NCBI GenBank assembly: GCA_963674745.2
Contig: CAXXDV010000003.1
Location: forward strand, 2,496,001 to 2,560,000
Length of the DNA stretch: 64,000 nucleotides
Source: Desulfosudaceae bacterium
GTDB taxonomy: Bacteria; Desulfobacterota; Desulfobacteria; Desulfobacterales; Desulfosudaceae
Direction: 5' to 3'
Shown here: positions 9,898 through 17,812 of the stretch, piece after piece
Layout of the letters: every line of letters begins with the position of its first letter
Numbering within the stretch: position 1 is the stretch's first letter
The notes under the pieces: generated by a model
The model's database searches: none
Seen by the model: only the letters and a program-made list of their open reading frames with translations
Told to the model about the DNA's origin: nothing
Program-made: the position numbers and the translations under genes

Positions 9898-10677
9898 ATG
9901 AAAACGGCACTCATTACCGGCGCGTCAAACGGCATTGGCCTTGAACTGGCCCGATTGTTTGCAAAAGACAAGATCAATGTCATTCTGGTCGCACGCAGTA
10001 AAGACAAATTGAACCGTATTGCCAGTGATTTTGAGCAGCAGTATGGCATCAAGGCGTTACCTGTCTCTGCCGACCTTTCCAGGCCCGGGTCGAGTCATGC
10101 GCTTTTTGAAGAAATCAGCCAGAACAATCATATGGATGTCGAGTTTCTTGTCAATAATGCCGGGGTTGGCATTTGCGGCACCATAAATGACACCAATATT
10201 GAACAAACATCAGCTATGCTTCAGCTCAATATGGTGAGCCTGGCGGAACTGACCATGCTGTTTCTGCCGGGGATGAAAAAAAAGAGAAGCGGTCGTATTT
10301 TAAATATCGGTTCTACTGCCGGTTATGTAATGCCTCACGGCTATGAAGTTGCCTATGCCGCAACAAAGTCCTTTGTGGTCAGCTTTTCAGAAGGCCTGCA
10401 TTTTGAACTGAAAGGGACGGGCGTTTCCTGTACCCATTTGAGCCCCGGCCCTACTCAAAGCAGTTTCTTTGACACGGCCGGTGCGAAAAGCGATGCCCGG
10501 TTACGGAACATGCTGATGGACACGAGGGTTGTGGCGCAAAAAGGGTACCGGGCAATGATGGCCGGGAAAAAGCACACGATCCCCGGCATTACCAATAAAG
10601 TGTTTGCATTTCTGGCCAGCCGGGTATCTCCATCTCGGAGACTGGTTTATACCTTATCCGGTGCGTTTGTAAAGTAG
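9898..10677 (+). CDS. SDR family oxidoreductase
   Basis: TGASNGIG, NNAG, YAATK. Confidence 0.92.
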   Translation: MKTALITGASNGIGLELARLFAKDKINVILVARSKDKLNRIASDFEQQYGIKALPVSADLSRPGSSHALFEEISQNNHMDVEFLVNNAGVGICGTINDTNIEQTSAMLQLNMVSLAELTMLFLPGMKKKRSGRILNIGSTAGYVMPHGYEVAYAATKSFVVSFSEGLHFELKGTGVSCTHLSPGPTQSSFFDTAGAKSDARLRNMLMDTRVVAQKGYRAMMAGKKHTIPGITNKVFAFLASRVSPSRRLVYTLSGAFVK

Positions 10678-10819
10678 TGCCCATCCAGAAATTGCTATTT
10701 TGCCCGATTTCTGTGTCAGGCTCAAATTTTAATCTTCGAAATACGACAAGTATTCCTCCGGTTAAAATTTTCGCCTTCCTTGAACTCGAACAAAATATCT
10801 AATCTCTTGACGGACACTA
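10675..10819. mobile_element. MITE of about 145 bp with TA-flanked terminal inverted repeats
   Basis: Left TAGTGCCCATCCAGAAATT versus right (rc) TAGTGTCCGTCAAGAGATT; no coding capacity. Confidence 0.7.
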
Positions 10820-10854
10820 AAAGGCCAGAGGGGCTGTTTATAGGAGAATAATCT

Positions 10855-11721
10855 ATGTCGCTATTGTTTGTCGAAGAATCTCATCATCCAGGTGTTCCCG
10901 AAATACAGCGTTTTGATGCCACGTCTGTTTATATTATGGTAAAGCGCCCTTCTTTCTCAGGAAGGGAACGGTTTAAAAAAAAATTGTTGTCCGGCTTTGT
11001 GGAACAGGTCAGGTCTGTTGGATCCGCTTTAAATTATACCGCATTTAAGCAGCATCATCTTGTCAGGAGCGGTGCGTTTGCCGCCATTTCCTATATTGCG
11101 ACTCGAAAGCACTTGAATGTCTCATTGCTGAGCCGCATCCGCGGCCTGACACCCCCGAAGCCGTATCATGTTTCCTTGTTTCCATATTATGACGCGGTGA
11201 TAGAATTTCAATTTGCCGACCGGTTGTCAAATAAACAGATAACAACGATCAAAGACCTTGCCCGTTATCTGGCCGGTAAGTGTAAACGGGTTTCCGTCAT
11301 GGAGAGTAATGTCCGCTATCAGGCATTCGACGATAAGAGCCCTGCCAATAAGAATCCTTTTCATATGGTGTTCATTTCACAGGAGCCATCTCATATTGCA
11401 CGTGAAAAAGCGCAAAAACACTGGATAAGTGATCATGCCGCTTTTGTCGTTAATCATGTCAAGTATACAAAAATGATACGCTATCGGATTTCCCATGCAA
11501 CCCTTGATAAAAAAAGCGCATTTGAAAACAGGTATGGCGGAATCGCGTTTGTAGAATTTAAAGGCCTGCCGGCTTTTATGCGTAACATGCTCAATCCCAA
11601 TGCGGTAAGGCTCAACAATTCAATCGTGCTGGATGAAATGAATTTATCGGCAGAGTCCAGAATTATGCTGATGAAAGAATACGATCTCGGGGCTAAAGGG
11701 AGCGGAAAGGAGGACACCTGA
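10855..11721 (+). CDS. EthD-like (dimeric alpha/beta barrel) two-domain protein
   Basis: YDAVIEFQF, HWISDHA, YGGIAFVEF and DEMN are typical EthD motifs. Confidence 0.65.
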   Translation: MSLLFVEESHHPGVPEIQRFDATSVYIMVKRPSFSGRERFKKKLLSGFVEQVRSVGSALNYTAFKQHHLVRSGAFAAISYIATRKHLNVSLLSRIRGLTPPKPYHVSLFPYYDAVIEFQFADRLSNKQITTIKDLARYLAGKCKRVSVMESNVRYQAFDDKSPANKNPFHMVFISQEPSHIAREKAQKHWISDHAAFVVNHVKYTKMIRYRISHATLDKKSAFENRYGGIAFVEFKGLPAFMRNMLNPNAVRLNNSIVLDEMNLSAESRIMLMKEYDLGAKGSGKEDT

Positions 11722-11745
11722 TTCAGGCAAACAAGGGGGTACAGT

Positions 11746-12273
11746 ATGACTGAAGACGCAACCATGAACAATCAGAGCAGGCGATCGTTTTTCAAATCGA
11801 GTTTTAAAATGCTTACCGCCATTGGCCTGGGCGGAATATTTTACAGCGCTGCCAGATTTCTCGGTTCTGATTCGACTCCGGAGACAGGCCATAGCCATGC
11901 TTTTGGTGCCTTTCATCCGGACAATGAACGCATGACCGGATCAGGCGGCGGACTTCGCGCCTCAAAGGCCGCTGACGGTCGATATGAACTTGAGACTGAA
12001 TCCGTCCCCGCAGGCGTTGGCGCCGTTGTGTCTGCAGGAAGCCTGCCCATACTGGTAGTCCACGGGACGAACGGTTTCAGGGTATTTAACGCCACCTGCA
12101 CTCATCTTGGATGCCTTGTGAAATGGGATCCGGCGGCCAACATGTTCATCTGCCCCTGCCACGGCGGAAAATATGATGCAAACGGTCAGGTCATTGCCGG
12201 CCCACCTCCGAGTGCCCTTAAAGAACACACCGTTGCTGAAAAAGACGATATGATCAGAATTGCCATCACATGA
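11746..12273 (+). CDS. Rieske 2Fe-2S protein of a Rieske/cytochrome b complex
   Basis: Tat motif SRRSFFK, CTHLGC, CPCHGGKY, GPPP. Confidence 0.93.
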   Translation: MTEDATMNNQSRRSFFKSSFKMLTAIGLGGIFYSAARFLGSDSTPETGHSHAFGAFHPDNERMTGSGGGLRASKAADGRYELETESVPAGVGAVVSAGSLPILVVHGTNGFRVFNATCTHLGCLVKWDPAANMFICPCHGGKYDANGQVIAGPPPSALKEHTVAEKDDMIRIAIT

Positions 12274-13517
12274 CAAAAAACATAATCGACACCTTTTTAA
12301 ACCGCGTTCGAGTCAGGCTGAAAGCAGCCGGTACTGTAAAAGCGCAGATTTTTTCCCGTTCCACCTTACAGCCGGAGAGCCGGCTTGATTACCTGGCCTA
12401 TTCCGGGACAGTCATTGCGGTACTGCTGGTGATTCAGTTTGCAACGGGCGTGCTGCTTTTACTTCATTATGAACCCTTTCCCTCGCGTGCGTTCTCATCT
12501 CTGCTGACCATCAGGAACGATGTTGAGTACGGACTGTTGTTTTCCAACCTTCATTCCGTGGGTTCCAAGCTGATTATACTGGTGATGTTTATTCACATGT
12601 TCAGGATTATGCTGGTTTCTGCCCACCGCGGCCCACGGTCCCCCCAGTGGTATGTCGGCGTTGGTCTCGCTTTTTTAATGCTTTTTACCGGTTTCTCCGG
12701 ATATCTTCTGCCCTGGTCCCAGCAGTCTTTCTGGGCCTGTGTTGTCGGTACCGAGTCGCTTCGCGTTTTTCCCGTCATTGGAAACACCGCCACATGGCTT
12801 CTACGGGGCGGTTCCGAAGTTAACGGCCTGACCCTGACCAGATTTTACTGGCTTCACATCACCCTGCTCCCCATTTCAATCATATACCTGGCATGGCTGC
12901 ACATAAAAATGGTCTGGAGAACAGGCGTGGCCGGGCCGGCAAAATCTTTTGCGGACGTGGCCACCGAAAATTGCGTGGGCTGCGGCAAATGCCGACAGGT
13001 CTGCTCGTTTAACGCGGTTTCCATGAAAGAGGATGGGGACAAAAAAGACAAACCGCTGATTGATCCTTCCAGATGCAATGGTTGCCGGGCCTGTGTGGAG
13101 GAATGCCCCAACGCCTGCATCTTCCTGTTCAAGGGAACAGAACCGTGCCGGTTGGAGCCCATATTTCCGGATAATATTGTCAGGAGAATGCTTGCGGTCT
13201 TCATTACAGTGGTAGTTCTTTTCGGATTTTCGTATTTCGGCCACGCTTTTCACAAGATCCCGGCCGACCCCATGCTGACACCGGAACGGATAAAGCCCGA
13301 CTGGTATTTCCTGGGGGCGTATCAATTCCTGAAAGCACTGCCAAGCGAAACCTGGGGGATACTGGCAATGCTGGCAATCTGTATCCTGATTGCGATTCTG
13401 CCGATTATTGACAAGTCAGGTTCCAGAAATCCCCGGCGTCGACCTGTATATATGCTGCTTGTTATTGGCGGTATTTCAGGGTTTATCATATTCACCTTCT
13501 GGGGATGGGTTTCCTGA
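12270..13517 (+). CDS. cytochrome b (b6-like N domain plus subunit IV-like C domain) with inserted 2x[4Fe-4S] ferredoxin domain
   Basis: Heme His pairs, GYLLPW, PDWYF Qo motif, CVGCGKCRQVC and CNGCRACVEECP; ATGA overlap with the Rieske gene. Confidence 0.92.
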   Translation: MTKNIIDTFLNRVRVRLKAAGTVKAQIFSRSTLQPESRLDYLAYSGTVIAVLLVIQFATGVLLLLHYEPFPSRAFSSLLTIRNDVEYGLLFSNLHSVGSKLIILVMFIHMFRIMLVSAHRGPRSPQWYVGVGLAFLMLFTGFSGYLLPWSQQSFWACVVGTESLRVFPVIGNTATWLLRGGSEVNGLTLTRFYWLHITLLPISIIYLAWLHIKMVWRTGVAGPAKSFADVATENCVGCGKCRQVCSFNAVSMKEDGDKKDKPLIDPSRCNGCRACVEECPNACIFLFKGTEPCRLEPIFPDNIVRRMLAVFITVVVLFGFSYFGHAFHKIPADPMLTPERIKPDWYFLGAYQFLKALPSETWGILAMLAICILIAILPIIDKSGSRNPRRRPVYMLLVIGGISGFIIFTFWGWVS

Positions 13518-13518
13518 C

Positions 13519-14316
13519 ATGAAAAAATATTTTTTCCTGCTATTCCTCCTGCTCGTCCTGGTTTCAAAAACAACGGCACAGGACAGATTATTTCTGCTCC
13601 AGGACAACTGCATTAAATGCCATCTGTGGTGCGAGACAAAAAGCGGCGAAAACTCGGTTGTCAAATGGAAAAGGAGCGTTCATTTCAGGCCGGATACCGC
13701 CTGCGCCGACTGCCATGGCGGCGATCGGCTTTTATATCTGGATTTTAAAGCCGGACACATGGGAATGCCTGACAGAAACCAATCAGTAGGGATGTGCGAA
13801 CAGTGTCATGAGCAGGCTGTACGTGATTTCATAGGCCGCAAGGTGTCGCAGACAAAAAACAATAAGTGCACGGTAAGCTGCGTTGACTGCCACGGGCATC
13901 ACCAGATTGAAAAACCGGATGCTCCGGCCATGTTCCAAAGAACCTGCCGTAAATGTCATTCTCCGGACAAAGCCGCCGCGATTGCAAACACGATACAAAA
14001 AACAGAATCCCGCCTGGCATTTGTTGAGGCGGAAATAAAGTCCCACGAAACATCCGGACTGCCGGTTCTGACCCCGAAGGAAATGCTGAAAGATATTCAA
14101 CGGCAGTATGCGCGGGGATTTCACAAAAATACGTTTTCAAAACAGGAACCGTTTCTGACTGGAGAATTGTCATATGCAATAGATGATCTTGAAGACCGTT
14201 TGGGCCGTTCAGCCCCGAACCAATGGCATATTCAGGGGTATATGGTCATAGCCTTTCTGGGCCTGATCTGTGTTTTGCTGACGGCCTACTTAGCGACCCT
14301 GAAAAAGAAAGAATAA
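13519..14316 (+). CDS. pentaheme cytochrome c, signal peptide and C-terminal TM anchor
   Basis: CIKCH, CADCH, CEQCH, CVDCH, CRKCH. Confidence 0.9.
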   Translation: MKKYFFLLFLLLVLVSKTTAQDRLFLLQDNCIKCHLWCETKSGENSVVKWKRSVHFRPDTACADCHGGDRLLYLDFKAGHMGMPDRNQSVGMCEQCHEQAVRDFIGRKVSQTKNNKCTVSCVDCHGHHQIEKPDAPAMFQRTCRKCHSPDKAAAIANTIQKTESRLAFVEAEIKSHETSGLPVLTPKEMLKDIQRQYARGFHKNTFSKQEPFLTGELSYAIDDLEDRLGRSAPNQWHIQGYMVIAFLGLICVLLTAYLATLKKKE

Positions 14317-14335
14317 AAAATTTGGGAGGAAAATC

Positions 14336-14674
14336 ATAAACGACACATGCCAAGACAAGACAAACTGCCCCTGGACAGGAAGGATCGCCCTGATCCTCGC
14401 CCTTGTTGCTGTTTTTATGGCGTTTAAGGCCGGGCATTCCTCAAAAATCAACGCCATAACCAGCATCAATGAGATGATAACGGACAAGGTCGTACCCCAG
14501 ATGGCCAGGGCCACCGAAAGGGATGTCATCGGCCATATCTACGATCTGAAACGGACCATGGTTACCCTTGAGGAGATAAAGGAGACCACGGCCAACGAGG
14601 ACGTCAAAGCCATGGTGGACAAAATCCGCAAGGACATTGAGGAACTTAACGTCAAACTCTTTGTGCATGAATAG
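14336..14674 (+). CDS. small single-TM coiled-coil protein, apparent ATA start codon
   Basis: GGAGGA SD 5 nt before ATA at 14336, open in frame to the track ORF 14417..14674; the extension adds TM helix IALILALVAVFMAF. Confidence 0.65.
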   Translation: MNDTCQDKTNCPWTGRIALILALVAVFMAFKAGHSSKINAITSINEMITDKVVPQMARATERDVIGHIYDLKRTMVTLEEIKETTANEDVKAMVDKIRKDIEELNVKLFVHE

Positions 14675-14679
14675 GGGGT

Positions 14680-16545
14680 ATGGCCATGCCTGATAAGGAC
14701 AAGCCGGAAAACATTTTCCAAAAACCGATCAACCGCCGTAATTTTTTAAAAATAAGCGCTGCCGCAGCAGCGGCCGGCGTAATGGGGCCCGGACTTTCAG
14801 GCTGTGCCCCGGAGATTTACCGGGGCCATTACCCGGATGTGCCCGAAAACCATGTCTCGCTTTCGCCCAACGGGAAAAGTGTGCTCATCCTGGGCGGTGG
14901 TTTCGGCGGCATGCACGCGGCCTGCGAACTGCTTGACCGGGGTTTTGAAGTCACGATTATCGAAAAATCAAGCATGCTCGGGGGAAAACTCAAGAGTTGG
15001 CGGGATCCCGGGTTCGGCATCCCGCCCACGGATGATCCCAACTGGAAGGGATATCCCAGGGATCACGGTGCGCACGCGGTGTGGGGGTTTTACAACAACC
15101 TGAGAGAATTCATGGGCAGACACGGCTATAAACTGGCGACCTTCCCCCGGGAATCCACCATGTACAATTTTCTGGATAAAGACGGTTCCCAGGCTGTCAT
15201 GGGTTCTGCACCCACATGGCCCGGCCCCCTGGCAAATCTTCAAAGAGGCCTTGAGACAAAACATGCCATTGAAAAATTAACCGGAGAAGATCCGGGCGCC
15301 ATGCTGTACATGAACAAAATCTTTGGCTTTGACTATGAGAGCAAGAAGCAGCGGGCCTATCTGGACAGCATTTCTTTTCCCGAGTGGGCGCGACTGGTAG
15401 GCATACCGGACAAGCTGATTTATAAGTTCTTCGGTCCCACGTCTGAAATGGCCATGTTCGACCACATCGATAACACCAGCGCGCTCTATATGCTGACAAC
15501 GCTGAGCCTGGGCTCGGGCAGTTATAGGGACATGTGCGTTGATATTTTCACCCACCCTCCCGGCGAAACCTATGCCGAGCCCATTGAGCGCTACATCCTG
15601 GCCAAAGGCGGAAAGATCATTTATGACATGCCGGTCATCAAGGTCAATCATGACGGCAGAAAGATTAAGAGCGTCCTTGCCGGTGATGAAAATTTTGTCC
15701 CGGGTGTGAAAAACTGGAAATGTAATGTCTGCGGATCAACCTTTCCTTCGCCGGCCAAGCCGTTCAGATGCCCGGTATGCGGTGCCCCCATTACCCAGAT
15801 CAGGGCCCTGTCTTCAGGCCCGCCTAAAGAATACCTGGCGGATTATTATGTGGTTGCCATGGACACGCCCGGCGCCAAACAGGTGGTGGCAAAATCGGGG
15901 CTGCTGGGGGACACCTATTTTGACAATATCATGAAGCTGGATGCGACCGGCGTCTATGTTGTCAATTTATGGTATGCCGACTGCAATGCATGGGAGCGCC
16001 GTTTTCCCAAACATGGTGATTTTTTCGCTTCCGGATTCAAGTTTCTGGGCATCACGCTCAACTGGGCGGTTTCTCGAAAATCCAAAGACGGACAAGACAG
16101 ACAATACCTTGTACCGGATTATCAGGGCAAAAACATCAACGTGATTGAAACCCAGATAGCCAATACCGAGCGGGTGGAGAACAAATCAGACGAAGAAATC
16201 GCCCGGCTGGTTCACGAGGAGTTATTGTGCGTGATGCCGGATTTACCCGTGCCGACGGATTTTTATGTCAACCGGTGGGACACCTATTCACCCCAGCGGA
16301 CCGGGTACGAGGCCCTGCGACCCGATATTCAGAGCCCGGTAGACAACCTGTTTTTCATCGGCGACTGGGTTCTGACAAACCATGAAAGCGTTTATATGGA
16401 GAAAACCAACGTGGCCTCAAAAATGGTGACCAACCTGTTACTGGACAAGATCGGACAAAAACAGGGCCGTATGAAAATACTGAAAAGCGGCGATCCCGAC
16501 CTTACGATGAGGGTACTCAAAGCGTTAAACAATCCATACCCGTAA
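14680..16545 (+). CDS. Tat-exported lipoprotein FAD oxidoreductase (amine oxidase/carotenoid desaturase CrtU-PDS-HpnE superfamily) with rubredoxin-like insert
   Basis: RRNFLK...LSGC lipobox, ILGGGFGG, LGGK, DHGAHAVWGFYNNL, CNVC...CPVC insert, NLFFIGDW. Confidence 0.85.
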   Translation: MAMPDKDKPENIFQKPINRRNFLKISAAAAAAGVMGPGLSGCAPEIYRGHYPDVPENHVSLSPNGKSVLILGGGFGGMHAACELLDRGFEVTIIEKSSMLGGKLKSWRDPGFGIPPTDDPNWKGYPRDHGAHAVWGFYNNLREFMGRHGYKLATFPRESTMYNFLDKDGSQAVMGSAPTWPGPLANLQRGLETKHAIEKLTGEDPGAMLYMNKIFGFDYESKKQRAYLDSISFPEWARLVGIPDKLIYKFFGPTSEMAMFDHIDNTSALYMLTTLSLGSGSYRDMCVDIFTHPPGETYAEPIERYILAKGGKIIYDMPVIKVNHDGRKIKSVLAGDENFVPGVKNWKCNVCGSTFPSPAKPFRCPVCGAPITQIRALSSGPPKEYLADYYVVAMDTPGAKQVVAKSGLLGDTYFDNIMKLDATGVYVVNLWYADCNAWERRFPKHGDFFASGFKFLGITLNWAVSRKSKDGQDRQYLVPDYQGKNINVIETQIANTERVENKSDEEIARLVHEELLCVMPDLPVPTDFYVNRWDTYSPQRTGYEALRPDIQSPVDNLFFIGDWVLTNHESVYMEKTNVASKMVTNLLLDKIGQKQGRMKILKSGDPDLTMRVLKALNNPYP

Positions 16546-16687
16546 ACCGGGATGGCACAGTTAGGGCTATGAATAGATTTCCGGACGATTTCCGAGGTCA
16601 GTATATCTAATTCAATCTATTAACAGCGAAAATTAGTCAACTAACAAAGGCTCATTTTTGATTCTTAACATATTTACAGGGGGGATT

Positions 16688-17530
16688 ATGCTTACAGTAG
16701 ATTGGGCCTGGACGTATGCTTTTGGCGCAGGATTCGCGGCCTGCGCGGCAAGACAACTGAAAAAAGAAGAAAAACCGTTTGACAACCAGTGGTATGTTTT
16801 TACGCTTACTTTTTTTTCGGTTTTTTTCGTACCCGCATGTGTTTACCTCTTATGGGAACATCCCCAATGGGAAAGCGCGCAGCTGGCCAAAACGTTTACT
16901 GACCTGCCTGCCTGGCTGGTGACCGGTTATGCGGTCACCAATGTCACGCAGGGGATCCTGGGCTTTTGGGTTTCATTCAAACTGATTAAAAAAGGGAATT
17001 ACTACGCCGCCCACGCCAACTGGATGGCCGCCTGGATCCTCATGTGGTTCCTCGCTTTCTGCGGATGGGATTGTACCGGCTACCAGCGTTGGCTTTATGA
17101 CATGAGTGTAAACAACGGTCAATACTGGACACCCGGCACACACATGGGTGTCCGATTTTTCTATGCCAGCAAGATCTGGTGGACACTGGTGGTCATGGGG
17201 ATCTTTTTCGTCCCCATGCTGATTCACGGCTCTGTCAGCTTCGTCCGCAACGGCTTTAAGGAAGACCCATCCATTCCAGCCGGAACTGCCCCCGGCCCCA
17301 TCAGGATCCTGGCTGTTGTTTTTGGCGCACAATATGTTGTCTGCCTGGGGCTGGCAATCCTGGCCACGCTGTGCGTCATGGGCTTACGGAACCTGACCGG
17401 CAGTACGCTGACCGGTTACCTCATTGGCGTTCCGCTTTTTTCTATAGCAACCTACGTTCTGCTTTTCAGAAGGGGCATGCCCATGAACTTAATTGCCAGG
17501 CAATTGTATGTTAAAGAACCGGGGGAATAG
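16688..17530 (+). CDS. polytopic membrane protein, unknown function
   Basis: About 7 hydrophobic, Trp-rich helices; AGGGGG SD before ATG 16688. Confidence 0.8.
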   Translation: MLTVDWAWTYAFGAGFAACAARQLKKEEKPFDNQWYVFTLTFFSVFFVPACVYLLWEHPQWESAQLAKTFTDLPAWLVTGYAVTNVTQGILGFWVSFKLIKKGNYYAAHANWMAAWILMWFLAFCGWDCTGYQRWLYDMSVNNGQYWTPGTHMGVRFFYASKIWWTLVVMGIFFVPMLIHGSVSFVRNGFKEDPSIPAGTAPGPIRILAVVFGAQYVVCLGLAILATLCVMGLRNLTGSTLTGYLIGVPLFSIATYVLLFRRGMPMNLIARQLYVKEPGE

Positions 17531-17713
17531 CTGCTTGCTGACAGGTCCGAAATAGTAAAAAACCTGTTCCATTTTTTTGAGGTAGGTCTCAGGAGGGCAC
17601 TAGCATGTATGATATAGAGTATATGTACGAAATAAAATATTTAAATATACTATATATAATGCCCGGGCACCATTTATCATGACAAGACACTGTATTTAAA
17701 TGCTATTTCTGTG

Positions 17714-17729
17714 TGGCACAGATATTGCT
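17714..17729 (+). promoter_or_regulatory. sigma-54 promoter (-24/-12)
   Basis: TGGCACAGATATTGCT (GG-N10-GC). Confidence 0.85.
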
Positions 17730-17812
17730 ATTAAGCACTTAATCAGCTTCGACCGTTTCGGTTTTAAAACGCATATCGTAACAACACTATTTTGGGGAAG
17801 GACGAAAAGATC

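Noticed and set aside
14680..16545. Carotenoid or hopanoid biosynthesis cluster
   Set aside because: No crtB, crtE, hpnC/D or shc in the window, and the enzyme carries a Tat lipoprotein signal
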